A stretch of 37,653 nucleotides of DNA. Origin: Perkinsus chesapeaki ATCC PRA-425 (taxonomy: Eukaryota; Protista; Perkinsozoa). The translations under genes and the position numbers were made by a program. This document shows positions 19,555-31,882 of this stretch, in pieces. The stretch is taken from assembly GCA_013115145.1 (NCBI GenBank), contig JAAPAO010000343.1, positions 1 to 37,653 on the forward strand. Direction: 5' to 3'. Every line of letters starts with the position of its first letter. The stretch's first letter is position 1. Under the pieces are notes generated by a model that worked only from the letters and a program-made list of their open reading frames with translations, searched no databases and was not told the origin of the DNA.

Positions 19555-20745
19555 TCATGCGAGTTGGAGCTGGAGGGCTCTTCCCGTAAAATATGGAACG
19601 CAAAAACCCTCATCGTCAGCATGCCCAGTGGACCTGGAAGGAGGATCAAGAACAGCTTCGTCCAATAATGGACTTGTACAATCGGTTGCCATATATCCGT
19701 CATGAAACTCTAGAATGTTATGGTATCGGTATATTGATGGAAGTATGCGCCGCTCCAAGAGTTCATTGAGTCCTCCTCGCTCGATGGCCGACGCTGCATC
19801 GTATACGTTTCTCTTGACTGAGCGGGGCTGCGGGTCTGCTCGCTCTGCTGCGATCTTACTTTCCATCCAGTCGATCATCATGTCTGTACTGTGGGCGCAC
19901 CCAGCGTAAGCGACGCGATGAGCGAGGGGTGATTCGTTTGGATTAGATCTTGGTTTTGGCGATGGTCGTAAGAACTTGAACCAAGGCGTAGTTACGGTTG
20001 AGGGCTCCCCCTGGCATTTCACTCGGAGATAAATCAAGGGAGAGTGCGTGGCAAAGTTCATTGTCACTTAACAACTACGGTACCGCTAATCGAACAGGAA
20101 GTCCCTCCACGTGCTCTAGAACAGGCGAAGGTGGCCGCATCGGCGTCGAAGAGTCGACGGTTTCATTCGGACGCCCGCAGATCAGCTGCCCTGCCCAGGT
20201 ACCTAAAGCCTCAGTCTGCTAGGGAGTTACCGGCTTTCAACCGGCTACCCATGGAAGTGCATCGCAAAGTGTTTTCCAGAACTTCACGCCCGCTCTGGCA
20301 CGTGGCGAGGCTGCACTTGTTGTCGCCCCATGGAGAGCTGATACCTCCAGACGGGCACACCTGCATTTGAAGCCTCGGAGAAACTGATTGGAGCAACGAT
20401 TGCTTGCCAACAGAATGATGGAAGCTCTACAAAGTCGAGTACGTGTACTCTTATCACAAAGCAGATAATGATCGCCACAATAATTTGGGACAGCTTCGAA
20501 TGATCACAATTTACGAGTGTCCAGGGCATTGACCCGGGGCCATTCTCAATAGATGTATAACTAGCTCGTGCTACAAAACGATTATACCAGGAGAGCTATT
20601 CGGGAACGATGAGGCACAGCACTCACGTAGTGTACGCCTCGACTTAGGATATCTCTTGGCATAGGCGGCGGACAGAACTGGGGCTCGTGAACGTGCGACC
20701 TCCATATATGCGTCTGTGGACCATATATAGGCCGATTTGATAGGT
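19555..20745 (-). CDS. Uncharacterised exons, probably a C-terminal extension of the AsnB-like gene
   Basis: An in-frame splice from DPREP| into THIWRSHVHEPQFCPPP is followed by further GT-AG-bounded frames and a 170-codon ORF (20067-19555). Confidence 0.35.
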
Positions 20746-20758
20746 GTAGGCATCTTAC

Positions 20759-23582
20759 AGGCTCACGGGGATCCAATTGATTTGACATGACAGAGAAGCC
20801 GACCTTATTAGGCAGGTATGGATACTCGGCCGAATCGAATAACGACTCCAATGGGAGCTGGAAAGGAATAGAGGGACAGTGGTATGGTTGTTGAGGATCC
20901 ATGGATACCGTCCGACACATCGTGAAGTGACAGGATACGTCGTAACTGGTCTACTATAGCAGCTCGTTGTCACCTTATATGCTTCATTCTTCAACTCGTC
21001 GGAGAGCCAGAGCCATTCCTGCACGACCCGCCGATCAAGGAAAGGGTATCTTCCTTCTACTCCGTGCGAGCCGGCGACCAATTCCTGCACATGTGTCTCT
21101 GCTCGTATTGAGATGACTAGAGCACCTCCTTCATAAGGTAGTCCCTCTGAGTGCTCAGGAAGAAGGTTTTCCACGGAAACATTTCATGGAGGTCTGCCGG
21201 CCATAAGCCGCCAAACTGAGATTGCGCTCCGAACCGTGAGCCATTGAAACCATAGTCAGACAGAATCTCGTCGCCTCCAGCACCAGAGAGATATACCAAA
21301 GCACCTCAATTTGAGGACATGGCTGCTGCAGGAATGATGCCGTTTGTACCTTGATTTCGCATATGGCGACAGATAAGAGATAGCCCGCGCGAAGCTTGGT
21401 CGGCAGATAAGGACGGCGGGAGGTCCCTGATTACCAGACTAAAAAGGGCCAACCGACAGGAGTTACACATTATGTGTATAATTGAATCTTTCAACTCCGG
21501 TTGCCATCCATTCAGCTTCACCATCATCATCTCTTCGGGATATAACGACTAACCAGTGTTCGTTCACCGAGGCTCCTTTGTCGATTCTGGAACATACGCA
21601 TGCTTCGATAATTCAGCATGTATCCACCTCGATTCTATAACTGACAGATCCTCATCACCCACGATGGTCACTGCAGTGTGACGAAGCTCCAAGCGTATCA
21701 AGCCAAGATGGATGGCTCCCGAATCGTGCCTGAGGTCGCTCTACTTCTAAAACTTCGTCGGAAGTTTACCCGCTGCTGAGGCCGATGAACATCGGGTGCT
21801 GTGCTTGTCGAGTTCTCTTCTTTAAGGCGTCTATGAATGCTTCCTCGAAGTCGGTCGTCGTAACCTACGTCATTTACGGCAGGCCGATTTCATAATCGTG
21901 CGCACCTTGTGCTGTCTGAGGTCGAATTCCGTGATCGTCGTAGCGTGAGAAAAAATCATGGCACCGGCGGGATCCTCCACAAACACCAAAGCCGTATTCG
22001 GATCGACCATTCGTATACCAGTATCCTGGAAGTTGTTCCGGTTAGAGATGCTCGCAATCTCACCGTAAAGCCACACGCTTGCAACGCACTACGATAAGTC
22101 GCTGATGCGAACCGATTTCCCTCCGAAGCGAACCTAGGAACAGGAAGATGGATCCCACTTCACAGCTCTGGAAAAATAGGCAATTTTTGGACATATATGC
22201 CGATCTCAACATGCGGTGGCATGAAAAGGAAACAATCTCTATTTTTCCCGGAATTTCACGGAAAAGGAGATTCAGACCACATTTTTTTTGCTTTTCACGC
22301 ATTTTACGAGATTCAGAAAAAGATGTGGCGATGCAATGAAGAAAGTTAAACTTGAACTTTTCAATTGAGAAAGCCGTGTAAGTACATCAACATTTGGCAG
22401 GCCAGACTCTGCCTGGCAGAGTACAGGTGGAACGTGAATTCTATCGTACCATATAGGTTTGGTGCTGAAGGTATCGGTAGCTATTATCACTCTTCTCCTG
22501 GCCCCATCATGAACCAGAATCGCAAACTCTCCGTCAAGCTGGCGGATGAAAGATTCCGAGCCGAGTCTCCTAAGTGCGCAAGTTATGCACACATGACATT
22601 TCGTTCATACTCGTAAAGTGGAAGAATAACTTCACCATCGGAAGTTGCGTTTTCCAGGCCGAGCTCAAGCCAGTTATAAATTTCGCCATTGAACAATGCA
22701 AGCGCGTCATTTCGGCTGGACCTGAGGAAGCCACGACAGCTTACTGGTGGAACAACCGTGCGGTTTAGTTCCTTTGTCGGCGCGCGGACGGTGACCGAGC
22801 AAGCGGGGCTTTCCACGTCCTTTCCAACCGAGCGACAGCGTTCAACCTCAGATGGGATTTCTTCGCAGCCTCAGGAAGCAATATTGCGAGTCGTAGAGTC
22901 ATTCCGATTTGCGCTGTACTATGCAGAAGTGCAACTCTTGTTCAAGCAGGTAGCTCACCTACATCAACGGCTGTGGTACAAGATCGCCTGTCATGTGTAG
23001 CAAGTTGTGAACGTATGTGTATCTGCGGAAGTCGTCCTAGATGTGCTCAATGCTGGAAGTTAGTTCTTCGATACTTCAAATTAACCCTGGCAAATCGCTA
23101 GTAGCCATTTAGATTCATTCTCGTTCCTTTGAAATCTACAGATATTGCCTATCGAACCCCTGACTGTTTTCTGGACTCGCTACGCGGCGTCGTGCCAAGC
23201 GACGCGGTCCCTATCCGAGTAACCCTCTATAGGCTGACATTCGAGAATGGCTAATGTAATCAAGAAGCTCCTCTTGCCGGACAACTTCTTTAGAGTAATA
23301 CCCACCGTTCATTCCGGCAGAACTGAGAGCCTTAATTAGGCCCTAGTCGAAATTCCCGGTTCTGCCAACTACGCCCCAACCGGGCTACTAGAGTCTATGC
23401 CGGTCTCACTTCCCTTCCTTGTCCCTCCAAATGGTCGTAGCGTCCGGTCCCCGGTGTTTCATCAATCTATTAGCGGCTTTGATATCCAAATCGCTCAATG
23501 GGAAATTAGCGAACAGGAAGCTACATCCCATCGAGGGCTGTAACAACGTGGCGATCAAGGTTGAGCTAGCCCAGAGTATCAT
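20759..23582 (-). CDS. Asparagine synthetase B-like Ntn glutamine amidotransferase with signal-peptide-like leader (multi-exon)
   Basis: Motifs in order: CSFLFANF, HRGPD, HNLLHMTG..PQP, FNGEIYN, SDGEVIL, LDGEFA, DTFSTKP, GLSSGHDSG (PP-loop), LSGAGGDEI, EGRYPFLD, KVGF. Confidence 0.88.
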
Positions 23583-24334
23583 GACCAATTTGAGGAAGAA
23601 CGCTGAAGCGACAGGTGTTATATATATCAGAGAGCACGAAGCTCTCGGAAGGAGAGCCTCGGTACGTCAATCTCGGGTTTTTCAGTTTCGTAGAGCACAT
23701 GCGAGCTTTCATGACGATGCAAGTAGTTACAGAGGCTTACATGAGCTCGTATTCTATTACCGCTCGCGTCATTAGCTCTATGGGTCCATTTATACAAGCC
23801 GGACTTATCCTCACCGGTGCTTATTTATTAAATTTTTAGTAGTGTATGAGCGAACTCACTGTTGGCACCCTCCCGAATGAGGAGCTATGGGTCATGGACG
23901 ATCTAGTTCCGAAGAGGTTACTTGGTCTCGTCTTGACCCTTGTCATGGTAAGCCGAAATAGGGTCTACGGCGATTCCGGGGGATAAATTATTCATTCGCC
24001 GAGTTCATCGTGAGATCGGCTGAGGTTACCATCAAGTGAGATCCGAGAAGAGTCTAGTGGGGCTTTCAGCCGCCTCATCCACTTCGTTTTCACTGCAACT
24101 CAAACACAGGACTTCAGCAAATTATTGTGACACTTGGGCACTCCACATGACCGTGCAAAGCGGCTTCACTATTGATTAAACCATCCTAGGAGCGGTCTCG
24201 GAGGCGCAGGAACTAATCTGAAGAATGTGGCGTCAATTTCATGGATGAGATGTAATCAAGAATTTCGCTCAGCATGCTGGGCGGCATTGGAATGCGCATG
24301 TTGATAAAGGAAGATACTCTTCACAGGAGACTCT

Positions 24335-24825
24335 TTAGATTGTTGACAAATATAATAATGAACTCCGCCGAGAGACTTCACAGCTTAAACTAATACAGCC
24401 ATGCGGCGCAGGGAGAAAGCAAAACAGCGCAGCGCGAACTTGGCACTGCCAAGCTGACAGAAGAAAGTTCACCAGCCGGCGCTCTGGCTCACCCTCGTCG
24501 ATGTCGAAATCATCCAGTGTCATCCATTGGACAAATTCATCGAACTCTAGAGAGCCAGATTTGTCAGAATCGATGATTAGCCACTTCGCCTGACCACCGA
24601 GACTGATACGAAGAACAACGCGGATTGAACACATCCGGGCATTATTGATCGTATTCCCCGGGCAAAGTAGCGGCCAAAATCAAAGAGCACGAGTAGCAAG
24701 TACCATTCTACTCGCCTCATCAGAATTCTATTTTCGTTGACGCGCCTTGTAGTTGAGATTGAAGAACACCCATGACATAGGAGAAAAAGTTGAGAATCAC
24801 GTTGATAGAAGTACTGCAACCACAC
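24335..24825 (-). CDS. EF-hand calcium-binding protein (partial model; may extend to about 23850)
   Basis: Canonical EF-hand loop DSDKSGSLEFDEF in an AG/GT-bounded exon. Confidence 0.5.
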
Positions 24826-25266
24826 CGGGCTTCACACATACGCAAATCTAGATGGAAGTCACTAGAATCTTAATCGAAAGGCTTCAATTAAAAGTGAAAT
24901 AGCAACAAGTCCACAGGGACGGTTCAGTGACAGGGTGCAGAAAATGGAGGACTTCATTCCTGGAGCCATCAGATGAAACTCAGCATATCTATTGACTCAT
25001 TCCAGTAGTTTGCATCAGAGAGTTACTGATGTTATCGAGGTTACTAGGTTAGGGGGGGTAGCAGAGATGCAATCGAGATATGTTACTGGATTTCGATCGA
25101 TAATATGCTACAGGAACATTGCTCCCAGACCAACAAGAAACATCGAATGCATTCCGCCCGACTTCTAAGAGCTCCCTGATCGACAAACCCCCGGGAGTGT
25201 GACACTATAGATTTAAATGCTTTTTTCGAGTGTCTATGCCTAGAAACACACTACGTTATACTATGT

Positions 25267-25525
25267 ACTAAGTTACTATGTTACTTAACATATTTACTAA
25301 GTTACTATGTTACTTAACATATTCACTAAGTTACTATGNNNNNNNNNNNNNNNNNNNNNNNNNNNNNNNNNNNNNNNNNNNNNNNNNNNNNNNNNNNNNN
25401 NNNNNNNNNNNNNNNNNNNNNNNNNNNNNNNNNNNNNTACTATGTTACTTAACATATTTACTAAGTTACTATGTTACTTAACATATTTACTAAGTTACTA
25501 TGTTACTTAACGTATTTACTAACAT
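25267..25525. repeat. 29-bp AT-rich tandem repeat interrupted by a 99-N assembly gap (25339-25437)
   Basis: Unit ACTAAGTTACTATGTTACTTAACATATTT occurs on both sides of the gap. Copy number is unknown. Confidence 0.95.
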
Positions 25526-25559
25526 ATGTATTATGTTATTTTTATCAATGTGAGTTCAA

Positions 25560-28500
25560 AAAAAGGATCAGGAAGAGTTAGATACTGCAGCTACTTCAAA
25601 TTGTTCATCAGTTATATCCGGGCAGAGTTCCTCGGCAAGGCCTCGTACAGCAGCTTTCGATAATGACTAGGAATGGATCATGGTACAGATGACTTTCAAG
25701 CGAGCCACCTGGGGATCGTCGGGGTAGTTATCTTGGCCCTCAGGCAAAAGTGTGCCGAATTGCTCCAGTAACCATTCCAGACGGATGATGTTGATGTTAT
25801 ATCTGATAGAGTTTGTCGGGCACCACGGACTTACGGCGCCGCCTTACCGGTCCGATAGCTCTTTCATCGAAGGTTTGCCTTGCCTGCTCGGAGCGCCTCC
25901 TGGAACATGCTCCAGCGCTGCACCTGCGCAGAATCAGAAGGATAAAATAAAAGAAGTATAATAAATGTAATAGTGTATAGAGTTTCAAGGAGACTACATT
26001 CAATGACACTCCACGCTGCCTGCTCGAGGAAAGCACCATTCAAGCACTTGCCTGAGCCATCGCCTTCATCCTGGAATCCGGTGCCAGTCAGATCGGGGAG
26101 CTCCTCCGAAGTTGACCGAAGATGGACATCTTTGGTCAGTCTGAACCCGTCATAGGAGGGCAAGCAAAAAGAAACGACTTACGCGACTTTCCTTCTGAGG
26201 ATGGCGAACTCCTCAGGATTCATAACCAGCTCCAGACTCTCACTGTCGACTATGCCGTCTTCACATTCACATACGAGAAGGCGTTGAAGAAGCGCCCACT
26301 GGTGCATGCAGATGACGGTCCTAAAAGATTCGGATCCTCTTCGAGTAGGAAGGGGCGCAGCGAAGACCTTGAGAGAAAATAATGTTAAAAGGAAGGTTAA
26401 CTTATCAGTGCAGGTATGTGACACCATTCACTACAGTTCGAGCTCGGTGACCGTACTACAGTCACCCCAGGGGGCTGATACACAAGCTTGTTCAAAGCTT
26501 CAGGGTTTGAAGTTGATAAACCATTTCAAACAACCGGAATTTCGTGGAGCGGGTTCAAACCGGTTTAATAATTCTCTCAACTTTGAGCAAGCTTGTGAGA
26601 TAGGCGCCAGGTCGTCCATTCAGCCCAACGATAAAAGCCTCCTGAAGGTATCCAAAATCTGACATGGAGCGTAAATGACGTTTCCCTGCACATATGAGTT
26701 ATGTAGATAAATCCATAGATCCCGAGGAGATTCCACCGTCCCGCCCTAGCAACGACTCCCTCACCATCGGACATCCTCAGGAGCAGAAATTTGATACCCA
26801 TTAAGTGCAGCGAGCTCCGGGGCAATGTCATCTCGGCAAAAGCGCTTCGGATCCTTGCGGAATCCTGCTTTCTCCAGCAGATCGCATATGAGCTCGACGT
26901 GTGCTCCTTTCGGTGGCACCTGCAAGATCCCGCTCGTGTGATTCCTAAGCCGCCCGTCACCTCATCGACGACTTCAGATTCGTCATCAGGTTCCATTCCT
27001 GTGAGGATGTAATCCTCATCGAGAATCCTTTGTATCTCCTTGTTCTCCAGCAAATGCGTGCAGAGGTGTGCGAACCTTGCCAAGAGCGCGAGCTCGTTAA
27101 GAGTAACAAAGCTGCCATGGAGACAGATTTATCAACCAGCTCGTCGAGTTGATGAAAACTAGGCTATCGACTGGACATCCTGCCGAGTCTGCCTTATCTA
27201 CCTACGAACTGTTCCATTATTTCAGACCCGAAACGGGTGCTGTGTCGCAGTTTCTGTTGAACCACAGTTCGACACAATAATTGCTAGTTTTCGATACACT
27301 GTACATAGATACGTATACTGTATCGATATATACAGTATATATACATCGATATATATATAGGAAAACACTAGCTTTAATAAGGTAGGCGTAAGGTGTCATC
27401 TTCTTACTCATGCTTCTCCCTTTCTTCATCGGCCCGCATAGCCTCCACCGCGGCAGCTTCCTTTTCTTCCGTAGCAGCCGCCTCACGCTCCTACCACACC
27501 ACACAAGATCTATCATTATTCGTTTGCTATTTAGGTTTTATTCTCCTCAACAGAATGCTTCCCGCGCCGAGCCGAAAGCAGACGAAATTCCCGCAAAGCG
27601 TTCTTTCCTCGCCTCGGGCACGCGACCGCGCGCAACTATACAACACTAAATGTGGCTGAAGTTAAGAGCGCCGCGCTGGCAGTGTTGGTATGTCCGTATG
27701 GGTTAGTCAGGATCTTCTTGATTCCGTCATTGCTCCTTCCACCAGAGGCATAAAAATGAAACATCTCGTAAAGAGCATAGGCGCAAAAACAATTCTTGGT
27801 AAAACTTCGAGACGCTGGAGTCTCATCGGTTGGCTACGCCTCTGATTTCGAACATAGCTCAACGGAATGCCACTGATTGACATTCTCGAAGTTATTAGTT
27901 ACTTCACAAGACGTCTGTCCAACTGCCTGATCGAGATGACCCCACCGGAAAGCCAGGAAAAGTAGTTCTGAGAGAGTCCCCTTTAGACGCCCACCTGGGT
28001 CTCTTTGTGGTGCTTGCGAGCTTGCGCACGAACGAATGCTGTCCACTTTAAGGGCACTCCACCTGCAAGATGGCCATCTTGATCTCCAAGAGCACAGTAA
28101 AGTGGAAATCTCACCCGGTCCTGTTGCTGGCCCGGCAAACCAATGCCAGAACTCATCGAAGTCGATCGAATCCTTTCCGGCAAAAGCTTCCAGTATTTTC
28201 GGTGTGCTGCAGTATTTACAGTTTATCAGCTCGCCACCGAGCCAGGCGAGTTCGTCAAGAACGGCAACAACCTTATGAATCGCGCTGATTCGGACTTGTC
28301 GTCTTGAACAGAAGCCTTCGAAGACGCCACGTATCTCCTTTTTTCGTCGGTATATCTGATACAGTGATTTTGATGCCTTCCGGCATAATCACAGATGAAA
28401 GCTATCAGACCTGGGCGAAACCCCTCCGAAAAGGTGTCAAAAATCCCCTTATAGATTGGAAGCAGTTTCAAGACCTTCTCGGAAAGTGTTGAGGAACTCT

Positions 28501-29180
28501 TCAAAGGCCCTCCGGAAGTTCTTGAAAGTAATTTTAATTTCAAAAGCCCTGCCTTCTCTACGCCCGAAGCGTATGCTTCTAGATTATCTCGCAGCACACT
28601 GTTGGTCTCCACGTAAGCTTATTAAAATGTCGCCCCATCATGCCGGGTGTTATGGCGTTATTTTTCTTGTTCATTCCTTCTTCTGCTACCGATTGATGGC
28701 AGGTCCAACCTCTGGCGCAATCGATTCAGATTTGGTGCTTGTCAAAATTTCTTTATTCGGTTAGTTCTCTTACTTCCCGTCGTCCTCTCTCAAGCTCGGC
28801 CCATTCCGAGAACTGCTCCACGTTTGCGTCTCCGATTCTACCGCTACTGGGGTTATTCCGTAGCAAATACTGGGCCAGCCAAGCCAGCGGGCAGAATCTA
28901 CTCCTCACTAGCGGATCAGCGTCGTCGCGAAAATGAAGTTTTTCGACCTGTGGAAGGTGCGCGTGTTATCGCTTTGGTACTGCTGTCCTACTTCAAGCGC
29001 TAGGGCTGCTAGTCCCTTGGCCAGGACGGGCCATAGGGACTCCACCAAATAAATATCCCAATCGGAGTCGGTCGTGGAAGGTTTAACTAGTTTCTGGAAG
29101 AATGTTCTATCGAGGACTATGTCGTCTTCGATTTCCCGGGTTGACGGTAGCCTTCTTTCCTTAGGTACTTCTACGACCAT
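25560..29180 (-). CDS. Large spliced gene with a Dpy-30/EFCAB5-like N-terminal motif (putative flagellar protein); boundaries uncertain
   Basis: Exons give DIYLVESLWPVLAKGLAALALE and SRFCPLAWLAQYLLRNNP...ELERGRRE. Further minus-strand ORFs (28612-28226, 27083-26577, 26427-25864) may belong to the same gene. Confidence 0.4.
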
Positions 29181-29549
29181 AAAGCAACAGGCTGGAACCG
29201 AGGTTAGGGTGCGATGAGGAGAGTTATATATTTGTGTCAGCCTTCCTAGTGCGGAGGTTCAATAGAAGGTTTGATAGGAAATCCGTTCCACGCGGGAGCA
29301 AACGGAGTCCTGAGTCCCGGTTGAGCAGTTTCTTCTCATTGACGGAGTTCTTCTAGTTAGCTCGGAGAACAGTTTTCGAAGGAATCTTGAAGAGGTTTTT
29401 ATCGCGTGAATCTATCTGACAGAATCAACAATCGTCGAGATTCTTTGCGGCGGACGGTCCGTTTAAAAAGTGCGCTGTTACAGTCGCGCTCGCCCGGATA
29501 ATCGATTTGCGCGCAAGTTCCCTTTTTCGAGCGGCAGTCTCTTATACCT

Positions 29550-30971
29550 ATGAGTGAGGCTTGCACTTTAGAGCACTTGAAAGATACCCTATGTCTGGAC
29601 TCTATTGGCAGTCCTACTGTAGAGGTCACCGTGGAAGCGGTGCTTCTACTAGTTGCCTTTGCTATTTTGGCGTTGGCCGCTGATCACCTTTGCGACTCCA
29701 TGGAGACTCTCTGTGATCATTGGGGCCTGCCAGAAGAGATCGGCGGTGCAACTTTTATGGCCTTCGGAGGCGCTGTACCCGAAATCACGGTCAATTCGAT
29801 GGCTACTATGAAAGCCATATCTCAAGGGGCTAAAGGTGGGCCAGCTGACGCGGCCCTGGGCATCGGGGCCATCCTCGGCAGCGGTTTGCTAGCATTCCTG
29901 ACAGTGCCCGCCATTTGCAGCATTGCCAACCAGAACAAAGCTCCTTTGTTGCTTAAAAGAAGGCCTTTGACCAGAGACGTCCTGTTCTACGGCGCATCGG
30001 TGCTGGTGCTTCTCCACGCTTTAAGAACTTCTATATCGGCGAAGCACGGCCTTTGCCTTCTCCTCATCTATGCAGTCTACGTCACGACCCTCTGCTATGG
30101 TGATCAAGTCCGTTCGTGGTACACTCAGTGGCGTGTGACTCATCGACATGGTGTGGCTGCTGCCATGGAGCCGTCCAAGACGCCTGAGGGAACCGCGGAT
30201 TTCCAGAGTTTCAGGGAGTTCAGGAAAAAAGCGAATAACAAACAGAGCTCGGTCTTTAGAGAGAAATACGACGAGGAGCTCGCCTTGCCGTTGATTGAAA
30301 CTGGCACTACGCCGTCTGGGACCGCAGCGCCTCAGAAGGCTTCGGTATTGGACAATCTGCAGGCTGATTTTGATAGGTTAGTTCGGCCTTTGGAGAGATT
30401 AATCGATCTCACATGTCCGGATTGCCGAATCTATCAACCTCGGGAGAATCTTTATCTCTTAACCTTCGTGGTATCTTTCCTATGGGTCGGCCTAGCGTCG
30501 TCCCTGATCGGGTGTGTGGTCGATAGATGGGTGACAATGCTTCAGAACCCAAGCTCCAGCGGTTTCTTCGGCCTGGTATTGGTCGCCTTGGGAGCTGAGA
30601 TCCCCGATGCCATCAACGCTCTCACAGCCTCAAGTCGAGGCTACGGCTCTATGGCAGCTGCATCCTGCGTCGGCTCGCAAATCATCAACATCTGCGTTGG
30701 TCTTGGCCTGCCCTGGGCCCTGTCCGTGCTGGCGTCGGGTTCAGTACCGGTCTCCTCGGCAAGTTGCTCCTTCCTTAAAGCCGTTGGCTCTGTCAACGCC
30801 GCAGTGGCATCGGTGTTGGCAGCCTGGCTCATCTGGCAGGGCCGCGCGTCCGGGGCGAGCCAGTTTTGTATCGTGGATCGGCGGAAGGGATTGGCGATGC
30901 TCCAGTGCTACCTGGGAGTGATAAGTCTCTTTGGCCTGCTAACATTCGCGGGCGTCTTTGGAGGTAAATGA
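29550..30971 (+). CDS. CaCA-family cation/Ca2+ exchanger, NCKX-like (intronless, 473 aa)
   Basis: Alpha-1 repeat GATFMAFGGAVPEI, alpha-2 repeat GLVLVALGAEIPDAI, GS..INI, and two hydrophobic clusters around a central loop. Confidence 0.9.
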   Translation: MSEACTLEHLKDTLCLDSIGSPTVEVTVEAVLLLVAFAILALAADHLCDSMETLCDHWGLPEEIGGATFMAFGGAVPEITVNSMATMKAISQGAKGGPADAALGIGAILGSGLLAFLTVPAICSIANQNKAPLLLKRRPLTRDVLFYGASVLVLLHALRTSISAKHGLCLLLIYAVYVTTLCYGDQVRSWYTQWRVTHRHGVAAAMEPSKTPEGTADFQSFREFRKKANNKQSSVFREKYDEELALPLIETGTTPSGTAAPQKASVLDNLQADFDRLVRPLERLIDLTCPDCRIYQPRENLYLLTFVVSFLWVGLASSLIGCVVDRWVTMLQNPSSSGFFGLVLVALGAEIPDAINALTASSRGYGSMAAASCVGSQIINICVGLGLPWALSVLASGSVPVSSASCSFLKAVGSVNAAVASVLAAWLIWQGRASGASQFCIVDRRKGLAMLQCYLGVISLFGLLTFAGVFGGK

Positions 30972-31138
30972 GTCTTAGTTTTCTGAAAAGCTAGTCCGGC
31001 TGGGTCCCACGTCAACGTGTGATGGGTGATGATATCGTCTTGTGGGAGTTACAGTACCCTTTGTAGAATATAATAGTATTTCATTAGTGGCATCCTGGCC
31101 TGTTGCGTTCTCATCGCCTCGGCATCCTTCAGCTCGCC

Positions 31139-31882
31139 ATGTTATTCCTGCTCCTCTATCTCATCTCTGCAGTCGAGGGGAAGACTGATGAGAACGACAA
31201 AGTGACTCGGGTATGTTTCGGCCACAGGCAGCCTCCCCGCCAGCCGTTTCCGAGCCTGACGACTTGCCACATTTACAACCCGAAAGCCTGCTGCACCGCT
31301 GGCCACGATTTCATCATCGGCGACTACTACGAGAGGCTCGGCACGCGTGCGTGTCTGATGTCCTACACCTCCCTCAAGGAGCTCCTGTGTGTGATGTGCG
31401 ACCCGAAGGCCCTCACGCTGGATGTAGTTGCTGGGACGGGGAGCTATATCAATATTGACAGGGAAACGGGGGACTTGGAAATTCGGTTGTGTGAAAAATT
31501 TTTACATACGTTCTGGGACGACGGTGTTACGAATGATCTTGACAAACCGACAACGCGGTATGATCTTTGTGGTTTGCGGACGTGCGCCCCGGATTCGGAG
31601 GATTGCGAAAGATTCTCGACGATTGTGCCGGGCGAGGTGATGCTTAACGGATCTTACAGGATGGAAAATGTGGACGACTTTCTGAGATTTATGGAGCCGA
31701 GATATCCGAATTTGTGGACTGAGGGAATTCGTGGCGCAGTGAAACTTATGCGAGTCGCTGATGACGCTGGAATACCTTGCAAAATGCCTTCCATTGCGGA
31801 TGAGGCCACGAGCGTGATGTCGGTGGGTCTACCGATACTGGTGGCTGTAGTGGGGCAGCTGCTCTCGCTACTGCTGGTATAA
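31139..31882 (+). CDS. Secreted/GPI-anchored folate-receptor-family (Cys-rich) protein
   Basis: Signal peptide MLFLLLYLISAVEG, Cys pattern C..YNPKACCTAGHD...C...LKELLCVMCDP, and a hydrophobic C-terminal tail after DEATS. Confidence 0.6.
   Translation: MLFLLLYLISAVEGKTDENDKVTRVCFGHRQPPRQPFPSLTTCHIYNPKACCTAGHDFIIGDYYERLGTRACLMSYTSLKELLCVMCDPKALTLDVVAGTGSYINIDRETGDLEIRLCEKFLHTFWDDGVTNDLDKPTTRYDLCGLRTCAPDSEDCERFSTIVPGEVMLNGSYRMENVDDFLRFMEPRYPNLWTEGIRGAVKLMRVADDAGIPCKMPSIADEATSVMSVGLPILVAVVGQLLSLLLV

Noticed and set aside
21701-21716. Minus-strand CCATCTTGGCT resembling part of the Perkinsus/dinoflagellate spliced leader
   Set aside because: It lies in the coding exon GHDSGAIHLGL of the AsnB-like gene, and an 11-nt match is compatible with chance.
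23148-23162. GGTTCGA sites at 23153 (minus), 8171, 10228 and 35938 (minus) as further B-box relics
   Set aside because: They lack the CC at positions 61-62 and the downstream spacing and T-run.
25278-25510. ORFs across the satellite; CRISPR-like appearance
   Set aside because: The units are contiguous with no unique spacers, the ORFs are artefacts of the repeat and N gap, and the context is eukaryotic.
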